Positions 18,826 to 28,935 of a stretch of DNA of 64,000 nt are shown here, in pieces. The stretch's first letter is position 1. The number at the start of each line of letters is the position of its first letter. Origin of the DNA: Anaeromyxobacteraceae bacterium (GTDB lineage: Bacteria > Myxococcota > Myxococcia > Myxococcales > Anaeromyxobacteraceae); NCBI GenBank assembly GCA_047602405.1, contig JASGHJ010000002.1, forward strand, positions 2,496,001-2,560,000, read 5' to 3'. A program made the position numbers and the translations under genes. The notes under the pieces are model-generated. The model was not told the origin of the DNA, did no database searches, and worked only from the letters and a program-made list of their open reading frames with translations.

Positions 18826-19482
18826 CTAGACGGCCATCGCCTTCACGCCGGGATCGACGATCAGCTTCGGCTCGGTGAGCTTCTGGACCGACTCGACCGT
18901 CTCGCCGGGCGCGAGCTCGCGCAGGACGAGGCCGTCCTTCGTGACGTCGATCCAGGCGCGGTCGGTGCAGATCGCCGAGACGCAGCGCCGCCCGGTGATG
19001 GGGAGCGTGCACTCCTTCAGGATCTTCGGCTTCCCGTCCTTCGTGGCGTGCTCCATCGTCACGACGACGCGCTTCGCGCCGACGACGAGGTCCATGCCGC
19101 CGCCCATGCCCTTCACCATCTTGCCGGGCACGAGCCAGTTCGCGAGGTCGCCGCGCTCGGAGACCTCGAGCGCGCCGAGGATGGCGAGGTCGATGTGGCC
19201 GCCGCGGATCATCGCGAAGGAGTCGGCCGAAGAGAAGAAGGCCGCGCCGGGGAGGACCGTGACGGTCTCCTTGCCGGCGTTGATGAGGTCGGCGTCCTCC
19301 TCGCCCTCGACCGGGTACGGGCCGACGCCGAGGATGCCGTTCTCCGACTGGAGGACGACCTCGATGCCCGCCGGCACGTAGTTCGAGACGAGGGTCGGCA
19401 TGCCGATGCCGAGGTTCACGTAGAAGCCGTCCCGGAGCTCCCGGGCGACGCGCTGGGCGATCTGCTCTCGCTGGAGGGGCAT
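18826..19482 (-). CDS. scoB: 3-oxoacid CoA-transferase subunit B
   Basis: [24 protein letters not shown]. Confidence 0.9.
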   Translation of the reverse strand: MPLQREQIAQRVARELRDGFYVNLGIGMPTLVSNYVPAGIEVVLQSENGILGVGPYPVEGEEDADLINAGKETVTVLPGAAFFSSADSFAMIRGGHIDLAILGALEVSERGDLANWLVPGKMVKGMGGGMDLVVGAKRVVVTMEHATKDGKPKILKECTLPITGRRCVSAICTDRAWIDVTKDGLVLRELAPGETVESVQKLTEPKLIVDPGVKAMAV

Positions 19483-19494
19483 GGTGGAGGTTCC

Positions 19495-20193
19495 TCAGGC
19501 GCGCGGCCGCACCGTGCGGCGCTCGATCCACTTCTGGTACCCGGTGCCCTTCACGAGCCGCTTCACGTAGATGCCCGGCGCGTGGACCTGGTCGGGGTCG
19601 AGCCCACCGACCGGGACGAGCTCCTGGGCCTCGACGATGGTCACCTTCGCCGCCGCGCACATCATCGGCGCGAACTGGCGGGTGGTCTTGCGCCACTGGA
19701 GGTTGCCCCAGGGGTCAGCGCGGTGGGCGTACACGAGCGCGAAGTCGGCCTTGAGCGGCAGCTCGAGGAGGTACTCCCGGCCCGCGATGACGCGGGTCTC
19801 CTTGCCCTCGGCCACCTTCGTGCCGACGCCGGTCGCGGTGTAGAAGCCGCCGATGCCGGCCCCGCCGGCGCGGATGCGCTCGGCGAGCGTGCCCTGCGGC
19901 ACGAGGTCGACCTCGAGCTCGCCGGAGAGGTACTGCCGCTCGAACTCCTTGTTCTCGCCGACGTAGCTCGCGACGATCTTGCGGATCTGCTTCGCCTTCA
20001 GGAGGACCCCCAGGCCGAGATTGGTCGTGCCGCAGTTGTTCGAGATGAGCGTGAGGTCCTTCACGCCCTTGCGGTGCAGCGCCTGGATGAGGTTCTCCGG
20101 GTTCCCGCACAGGCCGAACCCGCCCACCATGATGGTCGCGCCGTCGGGGATGTCCGCGACGGCCGCATCGGCCGACTCGACGAGCTTGTTCAC
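19495..20193 (-). CDS. scoA: 3-oxoacid CoA-transferase subunit A
   Basis: [32 protein letters not shown]. Confidence 0.9.
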   Translation of the reverse strand: MNKLVESADAAVADIPDGATIMVGGFGLCGNPENLIQALHRKGVKDLTLISNNCGTTNLGLGVLLKAKQIRKIVASYVGENKEFERQYLSGELEVDLVPQGTLAERIRAGGAGIGGFYTATGVGTKVAEGKETRVIAGREYLLELPLKADFALVYAHRADPWGNLQWRKTTRQFAPMMCAAAKVTIVEAQELVPVGGLDPDQVHAPGIYVKRLVKGTGYQKWIERRTVRPRA

Positions 20194-20235
20194 GAGGCCT
20201 CCTCTTCCCTGATGCCTTGAGGGTCCGGGCTGCGG

Positions 20236-21417
20236 CTACCGCTCCACCACGAGCGCGACGGCCTCGCCGCCCCCGATGCAGAGCGAGGCGAGCCCGCGCC
20301 GGGCGTTCTGGTCCTTCATCGCGTGGAGGAGCGTCACGAGGATGCGCGCGCCGGAGGCGCCGATGGGGTGGCCGAGCGCCACCGCGCCGCCCCGCACGTT
20401 CACCTTCTTCGGGTCGAGCCCGAGGAGCTGGTTGTTCGCGATCGACACCACCGCGAACGCCTCGTTGATCTCCCAGAGGTCGACGTCCTTCACCTCGAGC
20501 CTCGCCTTCGCGAGCGTCTTCTTGATGGCGTCGGCCGGGGCGATGGTGAACTCGACCGGCGCGCGCGCGGCGCCGCCGTACGCGATGATGCGCCCGAGAA
20601 CGGTGCGCCCCTCGGCCTTCGCCCGCTCGGCGGTCATGAGCACCACCGCGGCCGCGCCGTCGTTAATGGAGGAGGCGTTCGCGGCGGTGACGGTGCCGTC
20701 CTTCTTGAAGACCGGCTTCAGACCCGGGATCTTCTCGGGCTTCGCGCCCTTCGGGCCGTCGTCCTCGGAGACGACGTTCTTCTCGCCCTTGCGCCCCTCG
20801 ATCTCCACCGGGACGATCTCCGCCTTGAAGGCGCCGGACCTCCACGCCTCGATGGAGCGGCGGGTGGACTCCACCGCGTACTCGTCCTGCGCCGAGCGCG
20901 GGATGCCCTGGGTCGTCGCGCAGTGCTCGGCGCAGACGCCCATGTGCTGCTGGTTGTACACGTCCCACAGGCCGTCGTGGATCATGCCGTCGACGAGCTC
21001 GACGTTGCCCATCCGAGCGCCGGTGCGGGCGATGCGGTCGTAGTACGGCACGTTCGACATGGACTCCATGCCGCCCGCGACCGCGACCTCGGCGTCGCCG
21101 AGCGCGATGGCCTGCGCGGCGGAGATGACGGCCTTCAGGCCCGAGCCGCAGACCTTGTTGAGCGTCCAGGCGGGCGTCGTCTCCGGGATGCCGGCGTGGA
21201 TGGAGGCCTGGCGGGCGGGGGCCTGGCCGACGCCCGCCTGCAGGACGTTCCCCATGACCACCTCGTCGACGGCCGACGGGGCGACCCCGGCGCGCTCGAG
21301 CGCGGCCCGGATGGCGATGGCCCCGAGCCTGGGCGCGGTGAGCGCCGCGAGGGAGCCGAGGAAGCTGCCGATGGGCGTACGGGCTGCCCCCACGATGACG
21401 ACGTCGCGTCCGGTCAT
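20236..21417 (-). CDS. atoB: Acetyl-CoA C-acetyltransferase (thiolase)
   Basis: NKVCGSG, NEAF, GHPIGASG, CIGGG. Confidence 0.93.
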   Translation of the reverse strand: MTGRDVVIVGAARTPIGSFLGSLAALTAPRLGAIAIRAALERAGVAPSAVDEVVMGNVLQAGVGQAPARQASIHAGIPETTPAWTLNKVCGSGLKAVISAAQAIALGDAEVAVAGGMESMSNVPYYDRIARTGARMGNVELVDGMIHDGLWDVYNQQHMGVCAEHCATTQGIPRSAQDEYAVESTRRSIEAWRSGAFKAEIVPVEIEGRKGEKNVVSEDDGPKGAKPEKIPGLKPVFKKDGTVTAANASSINDGAAAVVLMTAERAKAEGRTVLGRIIAYGGAARAPVEFTIAPADAIKKTLAKARLEVKDVDLWEINEAFAVVSIANNQLLGLDPKKVNVRGGAVALGHPIGASGARILVTLLHAMKDQNARRGLASLCIGGGEAVALVVER

Positions 21418-21559
21418 GGCCTACTCCTCGAGATGAGATCGGTGGTCCGGGAGGTCCCGGCGCGGCGGAACATAGGGAAGGTCGTCCGCGCGCGTCAACC
21501 CGTCGTGCGGGGTGCGGGGGGTTGCGACAGCTGGCCCGGCCGCCTAGCCTCGGTTCCCC

Positions 21560-22483
21560 GTGAAGTCCATCCCTTGCATCGCCGTCCACGGCGGCGCCGG
21601 GAACCTCGGCCCCGACGATCCGGCCTCCTCCGGGGCCGTCGACGCACCGCGGCTCGAGGGCGCCCGGCGCGCCTGCGCCGCAGGCTGGGCGGTCCTCGCC
21701 CGCGGCGGCCGCGCGCTCGACGCCGTCGAGGCGGCCGTCCGGGCGCTCGAGGACGACCCGACCTTCAACGCCGGCCGGGGCGCCGTGCTGGGCGCGGACG
21801 GCGCGGCCGAGCTCGATGCGTCCATCATGGACGGGGCCACCCTCGCCTGCGGCGCCGTCGCGCTCGTGCGCGACGTCGCGAACCCGGTGTCGCTCGCCCG
21901 GGCGGTGATGGAGCGCTCGCCGCACGCGTTCCTCGCCGGGCCGGGCGCCTCGAGCTTCGCCCGCGAGGCCGGGATCCCGGCGGTCGAGAACGCGGCGCTC
22001 GTGACCGAGGCGCAGCGCGCGCGGTGGGAGCGGGCCCGGGCGCGCGCGGCCGGGGCCGAGCACCGCGGCGGCACCGTCGGCGCGGTCGCACGCGACGCCG
22101 CCGGACACCTCGCCGCCGCGACGTCCACGGGCGGGATGCTCATGAAGCGCGCCGGGCGGATCGGCGACACGCCCATCGTCGGCGCCGGCACCTACGCCGA
22201 CGACCGGCTCGCCGCGGTCTCCTGCACGGGCTGGGGAGAGCGGGTCATCCGGCTCGCGCTCGCGCGGCACGCGGCGGACCTCGCCGCCGCGCCCGGCGCG
22301 ACCGGCCAGGGTGCGGCGGCCCGCGCGATCGCGGAGTACGTCGAGCGCACCGGCGGCGACGGCGGGCTGATCCTGATGCCACCCGCGGGCGAGCCGGGCT
22401 TCGCGCACGACACCGAGCTCATGACGCACGCGTGGACCGCGCCGGACGGCACGATCCACGCGAGGTTGCGGGTCGATCCCTGA
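21560..22483 (+). CDS. iaaA: Isoaspartyl peptidase/L-asparaginase (Ntn hydrolase)
   Basis: HGGAG, ELDASIMDG, GTVGAVA, TSTGG, GRIGDTP. Confidence 0.9.
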   Translation: MKSIPCIAVHGGAGNLGPDDPASSGAVDAPRLEGARRACAAGWAVLARGGRALDAVEAAVRALEDDPTFNAGRGAVLGADGAAELDASIMDGATLACGAVALVRDVANPVSLARAVMERSPHAFLAGPGASSFAREAGIPAVENAALVTEAQRARWERARARAAGAEHRGGTVGAVARDAAGHLAAATSTGGMLMKRAGRIGDTPIVGAGTYADDRLAAVSCTGWGERVIRLALARHAADLAAAPGATGQGAAARAIAEYVERTGGDGGLILMPPAGEPGFAHDTELMTHAWTAPDGTIHARLRVDP

Positions 22484-22579
22484 GCCGTGCGCCGGCGCCC
22501 CGGGCGTTGCCGCGGAGGCCGTGTGCCCCGGGCGTGGCCGCGAAGCGGCGGAGACGGGGGCGCGGTCGAGGCGCGGCGA

Positions 22580-23302
22580 CTACCGCCGGCGGACCTCGCC
22601 CGAGCCGCTCGTGCGGGCGTCCACGTTCTTCGCGTCGCCGAGGTAGACGACGTCACCCGACCCGCTCGTGCGGGCCTTGAGCGCGCCGCCGGTCATGCGG
22701 ATCTCGACGTCGCCCGAGCCGGAGGTCGCGACGGCCACGTCCCCGGCGATGGTGAGCTCGGCGCCCTTCACGTCGCCGGAGCCGGAGGTGTGGGCGTCGA
22801 GGCTGTCGGCCTTGCCCGCGAGCACGGCGTCGCCGGAGCCGGAGGTGGACACCTCGAGGTGCTTCGCGGTCCCCTTCCAGCGGAGATCGCCGGAGCCCGA
22901 GGTCTTGAGCGAGAGGTCGCCGCCCGAGCTGCCCTCGATGGTGGCGTCGCCCGAGCCGGAGGTCGCGGCGCCCTTGAGCACCGGCAGCGTGATGGTGACG
23001 TAGGCGTCGCCGCGGTAGCTCATGTTGCCCTCCTGCTCGATGACGAGCGTGGAGCCGCGGACCTCGAGCTTCACCTGCGGCTGGAGGTTCTCGTCGATGG
23101 TGACGGAGATCGAGGGCGCGGGCCCGACGGTGATGCGGGCGTCGATCGAGCCGGAGGTCTGCACGGCGTCGAACGCGCCGGGGACCGCCCGCTGCTGGGT
23201 GACCTTCTTGCCGTCGCCCTGCGTGCCGGGGCCCCAGCTCCAGGCCTGGGCGCTCGTGGCGGCGAGGGTGAAGAGAGCGAACGCGATCGCGAAGCGGCGC
23301 AT
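22580..23302 (-). CDS. Secreted DUF2807/head-GIN-like beta-repeat protein
   Basis: Signal peptide, DENLQ motif, recurring TSGSGD repeats. Confidence 0.8.
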   Translation of the reverse strand: MRRFAIAFALFTLAATSAQAWSWGPGTQGDGKKVTQQRAVPGAFDAVQTSGSIDARITVGPAPSISVTIDENLQPQVKLEVRGSTLVIEQEGNMSYRGDAYVTITLPVLKGAATSGSGDATIEGSSGGDLSLKTSGSGDLRWKGTAKHLEVSTSGSGDAVLAGKADSLDAHTSGSGDVKGAELTIAGDVAVATSGSGDVEIRMTGGALKARTSGSGDVVYLGDAKNVDARTSGSGEVRRR

Positions 23303-23535
23303 GCGGGGTCCTCCAGGGCGGACCGGCCGGGAGGAAGCTGCGCGGCGGGGGCAGCCACGGGCCTATCCCGCGACCACCCCCGCCAGGACCTCTCTCCCGG
23401 AGGCTGAAGGGACCTACGGGAGCGGGCCCCGGCTATTTCAGCGGGCGCGGCTTCACGGCCCACGCGGGGCGTGCGCGCCGGCGGTCTGGCGAACGCGCCG
23501 TGCGGTCGAGCCCCTGCTCCGGCCCGGCGCCGCGC

Positions 23536-24321
23536 CTACTTCTGCGGAGCCGAGCCCGTGAGCTGCGGGAGCTTGCCCGCGAGGTCCATGAACGGCTTCA
23601 CGAGATCGATCGGCAGCGGGAAGATGATCGTGGAGTTCTTCTCCGCGGAGATCTCGACGAGCGTCTGCAGGTAGCGCAGCTGCAGGGCGCCGGGCGAGCG
23701 GGCGATGACGTCCGCCGCCGCGCCGAGCTTCTCCGAGGCCTGGAGCTCGCCCTCGGCCGCGATGATCTTCGAACGGCGCTCGCGCTCCGCCTCGGCCTGC
23801 TTCGCCATCGCGCGGCGCATCTCGTCGGGGAGGTCGACCTGCTTCACCTCCACCGCGGTCACCTTCACGCCCCACGGCTCGGTGTGGCGGTCGATGATCT
23901 CCTGGAGCTGGCGGTTGATCTTGTCGCGCTGGGAGAGGAGGTCGTCGAGCTCCACCTGGCCGAGCACGCTGCGGAGCGTGGTCTGGGCGAACTGGCTCGT
24001 CGCGAAGAGGAAGTCGGTCACCTGCAGGAACGCCCGGTCCGCCTGGAGCACGCGGAAGTAGATGACCGCGTTCACCTTCACGGAGACGTTGTCGCGGGTG
24101 ATCACGTCCTGCGGCGGGACCTGCTCCGCGGTGACGCGCATGTCGATGACGATGAGCCGGTCGACGAACGGGACGATGAGGTTGAGCCCCGCGGTGCGGA
24201 CGCCCGCGAACCGCCCGAGCCGGAGCACGACGCCCTGCTCGTACTCGTTCACGATCCGGACGCCGGAGAGGATGAGGAGGACGAGGAGGACGACGGGGAC
24301 GAGGATGCCGATCGAGAGCAT
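23536..24321 (-). CDS. SPFH/stomatin (slipin) family protein
   Basis: [37 protein letters not shown]. Confidence 0.94.
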   Translation of the reverse strand: MLSIGILVPVVLLVLLILSGVRIVNEYEQGVVLRLGRFAGVRTAGLNLIVPFVDRLIVIDMRVTAEQVPPQDVITRDNVSVKVNAVIYFRVLQADRAFLQVTDFLFATSQFAQTTLRSVLGQVELDDLLSQRDKINRQLQEIIDRHTEPWGVKVTAVEVKQVDLPDEMRRAMAKQAEAERERRSKIIAAEGELQASEKLGAAADVIARSPGALQLRYLQTLVEISAEKNSTIIFPLPIDLVKPFMDLAGKLPQLTGSAPQK

Positions 24322-24369
24322 GTCGGGTGCCTCCAGTGGACCTGCCTTCTGCCTTCGAGTCCGACCGTT

Positions 24370-25752
24370 CTACCCGCTGGGCCGCTCTTCGGCCACCACG
24401 TTCACGACGAGGCCGTCGACCGACTCGACGCGCACGCGGGTCCCCTTCGGGAGCGGCGCCGCGCTGCGGGCCCGCCAGTACTCGCCGTGCAGGAAGACCT
24501 CGCCCCCGCCCGGGCCGACCTCCGAGAGCGCCTCGGCGGACGCGCCGACGAGCGCCGGGGCGCCGAGCGCGAGCGGCTGGCGCCGGACCGCCGCGACCTT
24601 CCAGCCCAGGAAGAGCAGCACGGCCGCCATCGCGATGGGCGTCGGCCAGACCACCCAGGGCGAGACCTCGAGCGCGCCGGGATCGAAGTGGTAGTCGGGC
24701 GAGGCCTTGTCGATGAAGAACAGCATGCCGAGGACGACGCAGACCGCGCCGCCCAGGCCGGCGATGCCGTGCGTCGTGAGGTAGGCCTCGGCGACGAGCA
24801 GGCCGACGCCGATGATCACGAGGAGCACGGCGCCCACGTTCACCGGGATGAGCCGCGAGCCGAGGAACGCGAGGAAGAGCGCGAGGGCGCCCGCGGCGCC
24901 CGGGAAGATGAGGCCCGGGTGGTAGAACTCGATCGCGATCCCGAGCGTGCCGATCATCATCAGGAGGCCGACGACGTTCGGGTCGGCGAGGAACGAGAGC
25001 AGGCGCTGGCGGATGGTCTGCTCGAAGGGGATGACGAGCGCGCCCTTCAGGGCGAGGGTGCGCTTCCCGGTGCCGGAGGCGCGGAGGGTGCGGCCGTCGG
25101 CCTTCGCGAGCGCGTCGTCGAGGCTGTCGGCGACGAGGTCGACGACCTTGAGCTTCAGGGCCTCGGTGGAGGTCACCGACACGCTCTCGCGGACCGCCTT
25201 CTCGGCCCAGTCCTGCGAGCGCCCGCGGGCCTCGGCGATGGAGCGGGCGAAGGCGGCGGTGTCGTTCTCGACCTTCTTCGCCATGTCCTTCCCGGCCGAC
25301 TGCTCGATGTCCTGCCCGCCGCCGAGCACCGGGTGGGCCGCGCCGATGTTGGAGGTCGGGTGCATCGCCGCGACGTCGGCGGCCAGGGTGAGGAACACGC
25401 CCGCCGAGCCGGCCCGCGCGCCCGCGGGGCCGACCCAGACCAGGACCGGCACCGGGCTCTCGAGCATCGCCTGCACGATCTCGCGGGTCGCGTCGAGCGC
25501 GCCGCCCGGGGTGTCGAGCGAGATGGCGACCGCCGCGAACCGCTCGTTCCTCGCCTTCTCGAACGCCGCCTTCAGGAACTCGGCCGTGCCGCCGGTGATC
25601 GCGTCGTGGACGGTGACCGAGAGGACCCGGGGCGGCCCGTCGGGAGCGGGCGCCGGATCGCCGGCGAGGGCGCCGAGGGCGAGCGCGACGGCCGGGAGGG
25701 CCGCGAGCAGGCGGCCGGCGCGCCTCGGGTACGCGAGCGTGAGCGTGCTCAT
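24370..25752 (-). CDS. nfeD: NfeD family membrane-bound serine protease (long form)
   Basis: LDTPGG, AGSAG, IGAAHPV, C-terminal GEYWRA OB-fold; directly upstream of stomatin. Confidence 0.92.
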   Translation of the reverse strand: MSTLTLAYPRRAGRLLAALPAVALALGALAGDPAPAPDGPPRVLSVTVHDAITGGTAEFLKAAFEKARNERFAAVAISLDTPGGALDATREIVQAMLESPVPVLVWVGPAGARAGSAGVFLTLAADVAAMHPTSNIGAAHPVLGGGQDIEQSAGKDMAKKVENDTAAFARSIAEARGRSQDWAEKAVRESVSVTSTEALKLKVVDLVADSLDDALAKADGRTLRASGTGKRTLALKGALVIPFEQTIRQRLLSFLADPNVVGLLMMIGTLGIAIEFYHPGLIFPGAAGALALFLAFLGSRLIPVNVGAVLLVIIGVGLLVAEAYLTTHGIAGLGGAVCVVLGMLFFIDKASPDYHFDPGALEVSPWVVWPTPIAMAAVLLFLGWKVAAVRRQPLALGAPALVGASAEALSEVGPGGGEVFLHGEYWRARSAAPLPKGTRVRVESVDGLVVNVVAEERPSG

Positions 25753-26627
25753 TCGGGCCTCCGCGGGGACTTGCCGAGCTCCCTCATGACGAGCTGCAGA
25801 TCTTCCCAGGCCTTCTTCTTCTCCTCCGGGCTGCGCAGGAGGTAGGCGGGGTGGAAGGTCGGCATGAGCTTCACGCCCTCGTAGCTCGACCAGCGGCCGC
25901 GGAGCTTCGTGATGGGCGTCGTGTCGCGCAGGAGCGTCTGCGCCGCGAACTTGCCGAGCGCGACGATGATCTTCGGGCGGATGGCGTCGATCTGCGCGCG
26001 CAGGTAGCGCTCGCAGGCCTCGATCTCGTCCGGCTCCGGGTTGCGGTTGCCGGGCGGGCGGCACTTCACGACGTTCGCGATGTAGACGTCGCCGCGCGCG
26101 TAGCCCATCGCCTCGATCATCTTCGTGAGGAGCTGGCCGGCCTTGCCGACGAACGGCTCGCCCTGCGCGTCCTCGTCGGCGCCGGGGCCCTCGCCCACGA
26201 ACATGAGCTCGGCCTGCGGGTTACCGGTGCCGAAGACGAGCTTCGTGCGCGTCGCGCCGAGCTTGCAGCGCTGGCACTCGCCGAGGCCGGCGCGGAGCTC
26301 GAGCAGCGCGGGGCTGCCGCAGCCCTTGTCGGTGAGCGCGGAGGCGCCGGCGGCCGCGGGGGTCGTCGCAGCCGGGTGGGTCGCCCCGGGGACAGCCCGC
26401 GTTGGAGGCGGACGGACCGGGTCGGTGCGCGGCGCTCCGACCGGCTGCGCGGAGGTGGGCGAAGGCTCGGCGGGCGGCGGCGCGGGCGGGGGCGGCGCAG
26501 GTACCTGGACGGACGAGGGGTCCGGGATCTCCGCCACACCCGCGGACGCCAGCCAGCCGAGGTGGCGCGCGGCCTCCGCGGCCACGGCCGCGAGCTCGGG
26601 CGTGAGGCGCTGTGTCCCCTTGCTCAC
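25749..26627 (-). CDS. Uracil-DNA glycosylase family 4 with Pro-rich N-terminal extension
   Basis: [32 protein letters not shown] start inferred. Confidence 0.9.
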   Translation of the reverse strand: MSKGTQRLTPELAAVAAEAARHLGWLASAGVAEIPDPSSVQVPAPPPPAPPPAEPSPTSAQPVGAPRTDPVRPPPTRAVPGATHPAATTPAAAGASALTDKGCGSPALLELRAGLGECQRCKLGATRTKLVFGTGNPQAELMFVGEGPGADEDAQGEPFVGKAGQLLTKMIEAMGYARGDVYIANVVKCRPPGNRNPEPDEIEACERYLRAQIDAIRPKIIVALGKFAAQTLLRDTTPITKLRGRWSSYEGVKLMPTFHPAYLLRSPEEKKKAWEDLQLVMRELGKSPRRPE

Positions 26628-26702
26628 ATCCCCCCCGAGGGCAGGACAGGCCCTGCTGGCATGGAGGTTTGCAGAGGGGTGGATGCGGAAACTAGAATCC
26701 GG

Positions 26703-27653
26703 ATGCCTCCGATGACCCGACGCCTGCTCGTGACCGTGCCGCTCGCAGCCCTCGCGCTGCTCGTCCTCCTCGTGCCGACGGAGGCCCACGCGTGGGGGCC
26801 GCTCGCGCACCTCTCCTTCTCGGCGCAGACGCTCGCCAACCTCGGCGCGGCGACGCCGTCGATGCGGAGCGTGCTCCAGGACTTCGGCAACGAGTTCCTG
26901 TACGGCTCGCTCGCGGCGGACATCGTCGTCGGGAAGAACATGGCGCGGTACCTGTACCACTGTCACAACTGGAAGGTCGGCTTCAACGTGTTCCGCCAGG
27001 CGCGCCCGGGAGCGGAGCAGGCCTTCGCGCTCGGGTTCCTCGCGCACCTCTCCGCGGACACGGTCGCGCACAACTACTACGTGCCTTTCAAGACGGTGGC
27101 GTCGTTCCACAAGTCCAACACGCGCCACGCCTACTGGGAGCTCCGCTACGACCAGCGGATGGACCGCGACCTCTCGCGGCTCGCCCGGCAGGTGTCCACG
27201 CGGGCGATCCGCGGGCATGACGACTTCCTCGCGCGGACGCTGGCCGGCTCGTCGGTGATCCCGTTCGGCGTGTCGCGGCAGCTGTTCCGGGGGCTGGTCG
27301 CGAGCGCGCGGATGTCTCGGTTCCACCACGTGTCGCGCTCGGTGCTCGCGCCGGAGCGGAACCTGCCGCTCGAGCAGGACCTCGTGGACGAGACGAACGC
27401 GATGGTCGTGGAGGCGATCGCCGGGATGCTGAACGAGGGCGAGCGCTCGCCCGCCGCGCGGGCCGACGCGACCGGCGGGCGCAACATCAAGCTCGCCGGG
27501 GACCTGAGGAAGCAGCTCGCGGAGCGCCTGGCGCGCCGGCTGATCGCGCCGGGGGACGCGCACGAGATCGCCGCGGAGACCCGCGAGAGCTTCCGGCGGG
27601 CGATCCAGGGGAAGCTCGTGCTCCCGCCGTCGCTGGCGAAGCTCGCGGCGTAG
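26703..27653 (+). CDS. Zinc-dependent phospholipase C family protein
   Basis: Signal peptide AHA followed by [27 protein letters not shown]. Confidence 0.75.
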   Translation: MPPMTRRLLVTVPLAALALLVLLVPTEAHAWGPLAHLSFSAQTLANLGAATPSMRSVLQDFGNEFLYGSLAADIVVGKNMARYLYHCHNWKVGFNVFRQARPGAEQAFALGFLAHLSADTVAHNYYVPFKTVASFHKSNTRHAYWELRYDQRMDRDLSRLARQVSTRAIRGHDDFLARTLAGSSVIPFGVSRQLFRGLVASARMSRFHHVSRSVLAPERNLPLEQDLVDETNAMVVEAIAGMLNEGERSPAARADATGGRNIKLAGDLRKQLAERLARRLIAPGDAHEIAAETRESFRRAIQGKLVLPPSLAKLAA

Positions 27654-27679
27654 CGGGCTGGCGTTCGCGCCCCCTTCGG

Positions 27680-28935
27680 CCCCCTGACCTCCCCCCCAAC
27701 CCCAGAGGCTCCCCCGTTTCCAGGGTTAGGGCGGGGCCGGCAGGGGTCCCGGAGCCCGTGTAAGCGCCGGTTCTTGGCCGTCGTGCTCGCGCAGTTTCGA
27801 CGAGCCGGCTTGCGCCGCCGCTTTCGACACTGCTTCGCGGTGAAACGGAGGCAGACCACTCCGGCGCCGCCGGAGCAGTCGGTGAGTTTCGGAGGTCGGG
27901 ACGGCCCGCGCTAGACAGGCGGGGCGCAGGCGGCGCCGAGCACGGCGCCCATGGCCCAGGTGCCGGGCGGGAACACGACGTTCCACATGCCCTTGCGGAA
28001 CAGCTCGAAGGCCTTGCGGTACGCGTCCTGGAACGCCTTCAGCTGCTGCTGCGCCTCGATCCGCTTCCACCGGTCGGACGCCGCGATCTTCGGGTTGAGC
28101 TTGCTCGGCGGTTCCTTCCCGGCCGGATGCTGCCACCACCGCTGCCGGAGCACCCGCCGCAGCCCCGCGAACTTGCGCCGCTCGCCATCCTCGGTCCGCG
28201 CCGCCTGCTTCTCGAGCGCCGCGAGCGCGCCCTTCACCGACTCGCGGTACCGCGCCGCCGAGAAGCCCTTCGGCGGCACGAGCGCGAGCACGGCGCTGTC
28301 GGGCATGTTCCCGTCCTTCGAGAAGAACATCTCCGGCCGCTCGTACTCGCGCCCCGTGCCGAGCTCCTCGAGCGAGGACCAGAGCCCGGGCCAGTGGCTG
28401 CCGTGCTCGACGAGGCCGGCCGCGACCGGGTTCGCGAGCGTGTAGGCCGCCTTCGCGATGACGGAGCCCTCGTCCTCGAGCGAGACCGCGCTGTAGCTGC
28501 CGGGCGCCCAGGCCGACTCGAAGCGTTCGTGGAGGGTGTTGAGGAAGAGCGCGAGGTTCATGTTCAGCTCCTGGGCGAAGCGCGGGAGCTGAGCGAAGGG
28601 GTCGGAGAGGATCAGGTGGTAGTGGTTGGAGACGACGCACCAGGCGTGAAGCTCGATCTTGTGTCGCCGGGCGGCGACGGCGAGGAGGTAGCCGAAGGCG
28701 TTGTTGAGCCGCACGGAGGGCACGAGGAGGAAGAGGCGGTGCAGGCAACGGCGGGTGAACAGGTAGGTCTTGCCCGGAAGGATTCTGGCGGGGAGCGGTC
28801 ATGGCCTCCCCCGCATTCCACGCACCGTGCCGCTCCCAACTCCCTGGATTCCCAGGTCCCCGCCACCCGCACGCCGGCCGTTCCGCGGACCACCGTCCAA
28901 TCGGCGGACCTCTGGGGCAGGGGGGGATCAGGGGG
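27680..28935 (-). mobile_element. RAYT-like Y1 transposase unit bounded by imperfect inverted repeats
   Basis: CCCCCTGACCTCCCCCCCAACCCCAGAGG (27680-27708) versus reverse complement of 28909-28935 CCCCCTGATCCCCCCCTGCCCCAGAGG. Confidence 0.65.
27911..28802 (-). CDS. HUH/Y1 tyrosine transposase (RAYT-like, IS200 superfamily); apparent +1 frameshift at 28783-28784
   Basis: Corrected N-terminus MTAPRQILPGKTYLFTRRC; CVVSNHYHLI HUH motif; YTLANPVAAGLV with catalytic Tyr; GGGGGAGG upstream; span is 3n+1. Confidence 0.85.

Noticed and set aside
22580..23160. Regularly spaced CCCGAGCCGGAGGT-like repeats resembling a CRISPR or DNA array
   Set aside because: They encode the TSGSGD repeats of the DUF2807-like protein, vary at synonymous positions, and no cas genes are present.
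26657..26673. Sigma54-like TGGCATG...TTGCA upstream of the phospholipase C-like gene
   Set aside because: GG-to-GC spacing is 11 rather than the required 10 nt; it would fit only if the T run were mis-called.
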